A stretch of 55,607 nucleotides of DNA from Craspedostauros australis (Eukaryota). The notes below the pieces were generated by a model, which worked only from the letters and a program-made list of their open reading frames with translations, did no database searches and was not told the DNA's origin. The first letter of the stretch is position 1, and each line of letters starts with the position of its first letter. The position numbers and the translations under genes are program-made. Positions 19,193-30,379 of this stretch are shown here, piece after piece. The DNA lies in assembly GCA_030167865.1 (NCBI GenBank), contig JALAGF010001348.1:1-55607 (forward strand). The letters are read 5' to 3'.

Positions 19193-21226
19193 ATGGCGAC
19201 AGCTGTGAGCGATTTCTTCGGCACCAGCCATTGGCAGAAGCTGCAGAGCCCGTGCGAACCCATGGACGAGGCCGAACGCGAACGACGAAGACGGCAGGCG
19301 AGGGAGGAGGCTGCGCGATCCAAGAATGGTCTGTGGGGACCCACGCACTCCTTCGATTCGTCGGACATCTCTGCGCTGAAGAAGCCGCAGCAGTCGCAGG
19401 TGGAGCAGAACGCATTCTGGTTCAAGACGCCTCTGGTCAACCGGCAGCCGTCCGCCAAGTCGCAGACGCCCGGCAGCCACGGGACGGAGTCCACCAAGTC
19501 GGCATCCTCCAACGAGGAGGTGGCGCCCACTCCCTCGCCGCTCACCAACCTGTGGAACAACGCTCAGATGGCGTGGAACTGCCAGGAGAACGACACCACC
19601 ATCTCCGGCGAGCAGAAGCAGTTCTGGGATGCTGTTCCGGAGGTCTGCTCGCCCTGCCAGCCGCGCAACCTCTACGCCTTCGATGAGAAGGAGGAGGAGA
19701 ACGACATCACCGTCAATGACAACGACAACAGCCACAACAACTACAGCCACAGCTTCAACCAGTGCTACCCATCGTCGACGCCCGTGCGGCAGGAGCAGCA
19801 GGCGCCTCTCGGCATTGCTCGCATGCAGGCTCCTGGCCATGTCGACCATCACAACGCTGGCGAAACCAAGGCATCCGAAGGCGACCACCAGACGCAGCCG
19901 CACCAGACCCATCAATCGCAGCAGACCCATCAATCGCAGCAGATGCAACAGATGCAACAGGCCCATCAATCGCAACAGACGCAGCAGCAGAGACAACGTG
20001 GGGGACCGGCAGACCCGGTCTTCCCATCGCCTTCAACGAGGAAATCGTCGCTGAGATACAGCACCACTGACGCACCGTCCGCCACATCCAATTCGTCGCC
20101 GGCAGAAAGACGGAGACAGCGGCACAAGCAACGCATGGCTCGCCGATCCAGCGCCTCCGTCGCCTCCTTCCAGGAGGAGGTCGAGGTCACGCCGCAGCAG
20201 GTCATGTTCAAGTCTCCGCGTTATGCACCAAAGACCAAATCCTCGCTTTCGGACAGACGCGATCGCTCCTCCCCCATGCCGCTCAACACGCTCACCGTCA
20301 AGAAGGAAGAGGCCGTCAACCTCGATCGCACGATATCCGAGCTCACCATGAGATCCTCGTACGGCGAGGCGACGGCCCGCTTGTCGGACAACCGTCGCAT
20401 GGCCTACTACGCCGTCGGTCGCCACCACCGCAACACGGGCAAGGGCGGCAATCGCAGATGCTACTTCACTGGAAAGCTCATCCTCGGAGGCACGCCCTTC
20501 TACGCCGGCAGCGTGCAGCAGGGACTGCGAACGCTCGTCGTCTTCTGCCTCCCGTCGGCCTTGGGATTGCCCAGGGAGATGGCGGATGCCGATCACAACC
20601 GCAAGGCATCGTTGGCCTCGCAGCTGGGCCAGTCCTCGCGCACTCTGGGCCTCACCCACAACCCCCACAACCGATCCATGCGCGGCGACCTCTCCGCCAT
20701 CGGCGGTCCCCTGTCCCGTGGCTCCCTCATCCAGCGCAAGCGATCCGGCATCTCGCGCCTTTCCAGCATCGACGACACCTCCTTCTCCATGATGGAGGAG
20801 GAGATGGATGCCAACTGGGGCATGGACCGCGACTACCTCCTCTCCCTCCTCGACGAGCCCGACAAGTCCCTCCTCGACGGCATGGCCCGCAGATACCCGA
20901 TGCAATTCGAGACCCTCCCCTCGCAGGTCCGATCCGCGGCGTGCTGGAGACTCTACGTCAAGTTCTGCTTCTTCTCCGGCCTCCCCATCGCGGAGGGCGA
21001 GCTCCACTACAAGGTCGTCTCACGCATGGAGGAGCACTACGGCGAGGAGATCGCCCTGTCCCACGAGGTCATGGAGGCCGTCAACGGGGAATCGGCAGAG
21101 ATCCTGCGCCTGCCCAACCAGAAGACCTTCAAGTACCTGCAGCGCCATTACAGCCAGCAATCCAGCAAACTACCCAAGGAGATCTTCCAACGTCAGGCCT
21201 GGGAGATGGTCTATCCGGAAGTCTGA
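19193..21226 (+). CDS. Uncharacterised 677-aa protein: disordered Q/S-rich N-terminal half and two C-terminal CxF[ST]...PxQ...LP...W modules
   Basis: Long intronless ORF with strong C/G-ending codon bias. The C-terminal ~260 aa look globular and align by eye with the next gene. Confidence 0.9.
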   Translation: MATAVSDFFGTSHWQKLQSPCEPMDEAERERRRRQAREEAARSKNGLWGPTHSFDSSDISALKKPQQSQVEQNAFWFKTPLVNRQPSAKSQTPGSHGTESTKSASSNEEVAPTPSPLTNLWNNAQMAWNCQENDTTISGEQKQFWDAVPEVCSPCQPRNLYAFDEKEEENDITVNDNDNSHNNYSHSFNQCYPSSTPVRQEQQAPLGIARMQAPGHVDHHNAGETKASEGDHQTQPHQTHQSQQTHQSQQMQQMQQAHQSQQTQQQRQRGGPADPVFPSPSTRKSSLRYSTTDAPSATSNSSPAERRRQRHKQRMARRSSASVASFQEEVEVTPQQVMFKSPRYAPKTKSSLSDRRDRSSPMPLNTLTVKKEEAVNLDRTISELTMRSSYGEATARLSDNRRMAYYAVGRHHRNTGKGGNRRCYFTGKLILGGTPFYAGSVQQGLRTLVVFCLPSALGLPREMADADHNRKASLASQLGQSSRTLGLTHNPHNRSMRGDLSAIGGPLSRGSLIQRKRSGISRLSSIDDTSFSMMEEEMDANWGMDRDYLLSLLDEPDKSLLDGMARRYPMQFETLPSQVRSAACWRLYVKFCFFSGLPIAEGELHYKVVSRMEEHYGEEIALSHEVMEAVNGESAEILRLPNQKTFKYLQRHYSQQSSKLPKEIFQRQAWEMVYPEV

Positions 21227-22299
21227 GCATTGCACTGGCACCATCCTCTTGGTAATGAGCAGCGCGGTACATTCAGCTATCACAACACAACCACAATAAT
21301 AAGAAGAATAGAGAGCTTTCTGTATTGTACACGTGCAAGTCCCACCGTCTACTATCTTCAATTTACCTATTTCAACGTTTGTTGTTCTGATGAGCCATGT
21401 TGCGTCAGTATCGGTGGAATAGTTGTGAGAAGCTTCAGGTGCCCCATCTGTATCTAGTCTAAATGGATAGCCTGCAGCACCCCATCAAATTGAACGCTAT
21501 TTGAAAAAATGCACGTGTTGAGTCATGCAAAAACTGTCGTGCATTGGCAATTCTCAACGGACCGTCCCATAGTGTGAACGAATAGTTGACGTTAGAAACC
21601 GTTACGTTGTCGTGTGGAGCGACACGCGTGCTACCAAAGACAGCGACAGCGACGATGACAACAACGATGACAGCAACGGCGATGGCGATGGGGGCAGCTC
21701 CAATCGTAAAAAGAGTTGCTGATACCATTCTGATTCTATTGCTCTACTCTACTCTATTCTACTCGACGACACTCTTGTCTGCATGGCATCATCATCTTGC
21801 ATAGCCATCGTGAACGTGGATGCAAGCAACGAAGCAACGAACGAAGCATTAGAGAGAGAGAGAGGTTGGACGCAACGACGAAGCAAGAAAGCGAGCAAGA
21901 TAGACAGGAGCGACAAGACGCGAAGAGCGCAAAAGAACACACCACTTCTGCTGCAGCTGTTGGCCGCAAACGTTTCCAAACGGTCACTCTGTTCCTCTTG
22001 CCTTGCTGTCTGGCTGCCATCACAGTTCATTTTTTGGTATAGCAGCGTGGCTGAGCAGGGTATAGCTGGGTATAGCAGGGCACAGCAGAGTGGAGGAGAC
22101 AGTGTTGGTGTGTATCTGCCACAGCATCTGCAATAGTAAGAGCGGCAGTACGAGCGGCAGTAGCAACAGGAGTGGCAGAGCTACCGCGGTGGGAAAAGGA
22201 AGGGCAGACATCCGCATCGGCCCGTCAGCGCAGACATCCACATCACCAACAGGACCATACTATTCTACACACCATACATCTGAGTCTATATCTGCAACA

Positions 22300-25200
22300 A
22301 TGGGAAATACATCATCGACAACGTCGTCGTCGACGTCCACACGCAACCGCAAGGGCAGGCAGCCGGAGAGCGCCGCAGAGCGAGCGAAGAAGGTGGTGGG
22401 CGACATCCAGGAGGAGTTCAAGAAGTCCGTCAAGACGCTGAACGACGATCACCCGGCCGCGCAGCTCATCGACAGCGTCTGCGGCGGCTACTTCGACGAC
22501 GACAAGTACCGCCACAGCCGCTCCGCCTCCTTCTACAGCGAGGCCGACTACTCGGAGGACGGCTCCCGCACCGTCGAGGACGACGACACCTACGACGACA
22601 GCCACCGCGGCCGCACGCGCGACGCCAGCACGGTTGAAAGCTCCTCCTACGTCTCGCAGTCCGATTTCGAGTCCGAGCCCAAGCCGCGCAGGCGCCGGGC
22701 GGCCAACTCCAGCAGCTTCGACACGGAGGACGACTCCAGGCACATCACGGAGGACACGCCGCAGCTGCTGTCCAAGCCCCTCGCCAGCAGCTTCGCCAAG
22801 CGATGTTACTTCACCAAGTCAGGCATCGGCAAGACCACGCAGCATTACGAAGGCCTCACCCTCACGGGAAACGTCGTTCTCATGCTGGCGGCGGCCATGA
22901 AGCTCAAGGGATGTCCCACCATCTGCGACGAAGATCTGCGTCGCGTCGAGCAGACCTATCCCAATCAGTTCAGCCGGTTGCCGGATGAGCTCCTTCTCAG
23001 CAGCGGCTGGCGACGCATCAGCAAGTACTGCCACTTTTCCAACAAACCCATTCCGGATGGCGTTCCCTTCTTTCGTAAGTTCCATATTTGCATACGATAT
23101 TGCTGCTGTTGTTGTTGCTGCTGGATTGTCTCTCATGTGGTGGATGGGTTGAAGACTCCTGGCTTGCCATTCAAATCATGCCACTGCACCATCTCATCAT
23201 TGTTCTTCCACATCATGATCTTTTTCCATTCGCGCAATCATGTGTGCAATCATGTGTACAATCATGTCAATTCCACAATGATGTGCACAATCGAACCAAA
23301 CCACCATCGACCGCAATTCGATGCACTGCAAAACGCCTCATTATTTACAAACGCACACACGCGCACACGCGCAGACTCCAAGAAAAGGCTTCATCCATCA
23401 GGCGGTTTCTATTTCTTGTTGGCATCGGCTGTTGGCATGATTCGACCGATCGACTTGGAGCCATTGACCCGAGATACCTTGGTGCTTCTTGAGACGGACT
23501 TCCCATCGCAGTGCGACCAGGCGCCAGACATGCTTGTTCGCGATCCGGATCAGTGGACGTTGGTGGAGAAGTTCTGTTTCTTCTCTGGTGGACCCATCAA
23601 CACGGAGGAGGACGTGTATTACAGGGCGGACTTTGACGGCAACCCAATCTACATGCTCGCCTTCCTCTCGCCATCGCTCACCCCCGAGGAGCTCTACAAG
23701 CTCTCGCAATCGGGCGAGCCAGTTCTCAAATCATGCAAGGCGGTCGAGGATGTGGAATCCGTGTACGACCTCACCGACCGTGACTTCGAGGACCTCAAAC
23801 TCTACCATCTCGGACCGTGCCGTGCGCTGCCGCAGTACATCCTCCATCCGCAAGCATGGGTCAAGGTCCTGCCACCGCATTTCATCTCGGCGAAGGAAAC
23901 CGCCATGATCCGCGCGCAGGACTACGAGGTCAAACACGGCACACCGCAGCAGGAGATGCAACCAGTCGCTGCCGTCTCTCCATCCCCACAACAGCAGCAA
24001 CAACATCAACATCAGCCAATGTCACCGCAGATGCAGATGCAGCAGCAGCAGCCTGAATTGTCCATGGGCGCGCCGTCCGGAGCCACATCACCCTTGGCTA
24101 TGGCGCACTCGCCTCAGGCGCATCCGCACAGAACGCAATCTCCATTGCCAGTGGACTCCCCGGCGTATCAGCAGCAACCACAGCAGCAGCATCCAGGCGG
24201 TGATCAGTACTACGGTACCGAGGATCATGTCCATCATCTCCACCAGCAGGCCATGTCGCCAAATGCCCTGCAACAACAACAGCAGCAAGGCATGCCATCA
24301 GTCAACTCGCACGACTACCAAAGGGCCGTGGAAGAGGAAGGTGCCTTCGTCGACAACAATGCTCCGTAAGTGAATGCATTTGGGTAGTGTTGCAGTTGGA
24401 TTGCGCGTGTGTGCTGTATTGATCATTGTTCTCACATTTCCACTGCTCCGTACTTGTACCGCGCAGAATGGATGAGGCGATTGCGAGCAGATTCCCAATC
24501 TCACCGCGAAGAGACGTACCGAATCCCGAAACCCCCAAGCTCGATCCACCGGAAGACGAGCCTCCGAGCTTGATGAAGCAGAACATGTACGGAGAGGATC
24601 CACCGCAGGTGCAGCCACCACTGTCGCAAACAGCACCGGAGACCGCTACATCCGGCGGCATGGGACATGAGCAGGAGGGCACGGTATTCTTTGGCGCGCA
24701 GTCTCCGGACTACTTCCCGTCACCTGAAAAAGAGTTTGAACCTGTGGAGGATGGAGGCAGAGAGCAGTTTGGCATGGACCAGGAGCCGTACTACCCGCAG
24801 GAGCAGGATGATCACTTCCATGATGATGGCCAGTTCCAGGATCCACAGCAACAGCAGCACATGCCGCAGGATGGGTACTACGACCCTAACATGCACCAGC
24901 AGCAAGTCATGAGCCCGACCGACTACCACCCAGAACACCAAGACTTTCAGGCAGAATCATTCGGTGACAACGGGGTGCACTACGGCGACGAGGAGAAGAA
25001 GACCGGCACAATCGACGATCCTAGCGACCCGGGCGTCAACTTTGACCATGGCATGCAGTACGATGAAAATGGGCAACCGTTGGCAGAAGGCGAGGCCGAC
25101 TTCACGCCAATAAAACGTGACGGGTACACCTTGCGACGTGGCCCGAACACGACCGCATCGCCATCGCCAAGAAGTCAGACCAGCATGGGATCGCAATCCG

Positions 25201-25876
25201 CTGCACTACGTGGTGCACAGGAGTTGCTCAAGAAGAACCGCCGGCGGCGATTGGAAATGTAAGTACACTGTGGCGACGCGTTGTATGATGCCGTACTGGG
25301 GATGGAACACCTGCGTATCAATTGCACTTGTGCAGTCTTGACTCACAACCACTTCCTTTCTTATTCATGACAATCTCCTCATTCATGCACACATGCATGC
25401 ACACGCCATATGCATTGTTGCTTGGCATCGACAGGGCGTCCAAGTCCAGAGGTGAGGGTGACGCAGCGGGGCATCCGCAGAGCCCAATTAGTTCCACGCT
25501 GTCCCCACGCGACGATGAGAGCGCGGCAACGTGGGAGTCCGGATCGGAATTCACAGCGTCCGTGATCTCCGGATCTTCCGTGTGGACGGACGGGTCCAAC
25601 CCCACCGAGAAGAGCTCAAGACGTGCCCTGATCCTGCAAATGGCCAAGGCCCGCATGAAGAGCAATCGCGAGGGACCGAAAAGTCCCGAAAGCGAGAGTG
25701 AGCCCCTCGCCCGAGCGCCGATCGCAGAGGAGGAGCAACACGAAATGCAGGAGCAGGACGCAGCGATCCCGCAGCCACCAACAGGAATCATGGGTATAGG
25801 AGAAGAAGAGCCGATGAGCCCTCTTGCGAATGACGAGACCAACACCGACATTGACATCGTCGCTGATCTGGACTGA
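22300..25876 (+). CDS. Uncharacterised ~999-aa protein with a predicted N-myristoylation site and three CxF[ST]...PxQ...LP...W modules (exons 22300-23074, 23375-24365, 24467-25258, 25435-25876)
   Basis: Starts MGNTSS. Three GT-AG introns (23075-23374, 24366-24466, 25259-25434) join ORFs 22090, 24426 and 25322 in frame, with junctions FF-H-SK, AP-MD and LE-M-AS. Exon lengths sum to 3000 nt. Confidence 0.88.
23075..23374 (+). other. GT-AG intron, 300 nt (3n, no in-frame stop)
   Basis: Donor gtaagt, acceptor gcgcag. It contains (tgc/tgt)n and a 12-nt repeat caatcatgtgt(g/a). Removing it restores module 2 (PIPDGVPFF-HSKKRLHP). Confidence 0.88.
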
Positions 25877-26609
25877 TAAGGGACGCGATTGTGTGATTGG
25901 AAATATCGCATGGACGATTGAATGAATGATTGAATGAATGAATGCATGCAGAGATGGATTAAATGGTGGAAGGTCTGCGGAATCAGCACGGCGAACTCGT
26001 ATTGTAACGAATGAAGTATGATATTTCTATGTGTCCCCGTACTTTTAGCTCGTAGGGTACGCTCTATGTATGTACTTTTTGCTGACATGATAAGATGGCA
26101 TTAACATTGCATTGCAAGGATGCGCGACAACTGATGGATGATGGATGGATGGATGGAATGAAGCTTTGTGTACAAACATGACAAGAGATTGAGGGAGTCG
26201 TCGATCTACGCCATCTGGTTTCAAAATGTGAGGGTGTGGTTTTGCTAGCGCTCCTCGTTTTCGCTGGTGGTTGTGTCCTTTCGTTCGGACCTGTTTGGTG
26301 CGTTGTCGACACAAGAGCAAAGCCACGTTCCAATAGCGCCCAACAGTCGATATGTATGGGACACAGACTACTTATTTGAATGACCAATTGATATTAATCT
26401 ACTAACCTGCGAAGTACCATTTCTTTCGATAAATGAATGTCGCGCTTCTTAGGATCTGTGACACGATCATACGCCCATTTCGGTCTTGCCCACATGCAGG
26501 TTTGCGAAGCGCTGTGTTGGTGGCAGCAACACAAAGACTGCAGGAATTCTGGAGCAACGCTTGGAGAGACAGGCAAATCCAATTGCAGCCACCATCGTTG
26601 CCATTCTGA

Positions 26610-28574
<1,965 letters not shown>

Positions 28575-28789
28575 ACAGGGCGTAGCAGCATCCATCTTCG
28601 ACATCATCACTATTAATACAAACAATACAAATAAACATCGTACGTTATGAAATACAAATAACTCACTCAAGAAAAAGGGGATTACGCGTTAATGCATCGT
28701 GCAATAGTACAGATGAGACTGATGTATTGAGGGTGAACAACACCATGATGGCATGCTCTGCTACCCACCCTCTCTCGCCTTCATTCAGA

Positions 28790-29926
28790 TCACAGCTTGG
28801 AATCCTGTTGATGCACCACGGCCGGAATCTCCCAGTCTCCTTCGGGTGGCACCTGGAAGTGACGTTCCACATGCTCCTGCGTCACATCTTCCAACTGGGA
28901 TGGCACCCACTTGGGATTGCGATCCTTATCCACCAACACGGACCGCACCCCTTCGTAGAAATCGTTCTCCTTCGTGCAAGCGACCGCCATGCGGTATTCC
29001 ATCTGCAGACACTCACCGATCGACTTCATCTCCGTCTCGCCGCGTCTCAGCGCTTCCAGCGTCACTTTCAAACTGGTCGGTGACATCGACTCCAACGTCT
29101 TCAACGTGGTGGTCTCAAACTCGCTGTGGTACTGCTCTGCCTCCTTCAACTTCTCCACGATGCCTTCCACCGTATCCTCGCCAAACGACGATTGGATCGC
29201 CGCCTCATGTTGCGACAGGAAGCAATGCTGCGTATCCAAGTCTTCGTGAAAGGCATCCAAGATGGTATCCACCTTCTCCGTCTCACTCTGCTGCTGCAAC
29301 GCCGCCTCCATTTCACCCAACCGATGCGACGGCACGTAATGCGTCGCCAATCCAATGCGCATGACATCCTGCGCCGTCAATCGCCGTCCCGTCAACGCGA
29401 TGTAATTGCGCATGGCACGATCCTCGATCAACCGCGTCATCCAGTACGTGCTGCCGACGTCGGGGAAGAATCCGATCGCCGTCTCCGGCATGGCCAGCAG
29501 CGTGCGTTGCGTCGCGATGCGGTGCGTGCCGTGAATCGAGATACCGACGCCGCCGCCCATCACGATGCCGTCCCAAATCGCGACGATCGGGATGCGGGAC
29601 GTCGCGATGGTGTGGTTTAGTTTGTATTCTTCGTGGAAGAAGTATTGCGGCGGTGCGGCCGGCTCTTTCTCCTGGCCGACCTCGTAGACGGCCTTGACAT
29701 CGCCACCGGCGCAGAATGCGGGTCGTTTGGTGGAGGTCGGATCGTCGTCGCGTGATGATTGGATCAAGATGGATGTCATGTCTGCGTCGTTCTGCCATGA
29801 TTCCAGCACATCTTGCATGCACTGGACCATGTCCGTCGTCAAGGCATGCAAGGATTTGGGATTGTTCAGCAACAGCCGCCCACAATTGCCAATCCGAGAT
29901 GGAAGGAGCTTGGTGGTGAAGCGCAT
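28790..29926 (-). CDS. HIBCH: 3-hydroxyisobutyryl-CoA hydrolase (enoyl-CoA hydratase/isomerase ECH_2 family)
   Basis: LNNPKSLHAL, AFCAGGDVK, EEYKLN, DGIVMGGGVGIS, AMPETAIGFFPDVG, SPTSLKVT, DFYEGVRSVLVDKDRNPKW. Confidence 0.95.
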   Translation of the reverse strand: MRFTTKLLPSRIGNCGRLLLNNPKSLHALTTDMVQCMQDVLESWQNDADMTSILIQSSRDDDPTSTKRPAFCAGGDVKAVYEVGQEKEPAAPPQYFFHEEYKLNHTIATSRIPIVAIWDGIVMGGGVGISIHGTHRIATQRTLLAMPETAIGFFPDVGSTYWMTRLIEDRAMRNYIALTGRRLTAQDVMRIGLATHYVPSHRLGEMEAALQQQSETEKVDTILDAFHEDLDTQHCFLSQHEAAIQSSFGEDTVEGIVEKLKEAEQYHSEFETTTLKTLESMSPTSLKVTLEALRRGETEMKSIGECLQMEYRMAVACTKENDFYEGVRSVLVDKDRNPKWVPSQLEDVTQEHVERHFQVPPEGDWEIPAVVHQQDSKL

Positions 29927-30379
29927 ACTTGTTGTCGTCGGTGTTGTTGATGGAGTCTTCGATACCGATGGGGATGGATGATGTGCCAGCAGCAGATGAA
30001 TGTATGGTGCTCTATGATAAATGGGGGCTTGGTTGGAGACTTGACAGTATGATAGACTTGTTGGGTGAGAGATCCGAAAGTATTGCGAGAAACGTTTGAG
30101 ATGGATTTGATGGGTGCAGATGACAAATATACAAGTTTATATGCATTAACCGCAGCTTATGGTGGCCGTTACAGTCATGGTGGATTCAGTTTTATCAATC
30201 GAGAAAGCTACCAACCTAAAGATAGAAGAGATGTCGCACTCTTCACTCAAATCTATTGATGTAAATGCATAGGAACTGATGCAGTAAGATACTATGTAGA
30301 TGGCGAAGGTGGAATGATATCATGCATGCGTACGGATAAGAGGTTGATATGTGGTTGAGACGTGGCGGCTAAGGCTTGA

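Noticed and set aside
24369-25876. ORFs 24426-25262 and 25322-25876 as separate genes, or stop-codon readthrough after 24369
   Set aside because: The apparent stops are the TAA of gtaag splice donors; canonical introns join these ORFs to the 22300 gene in frame.
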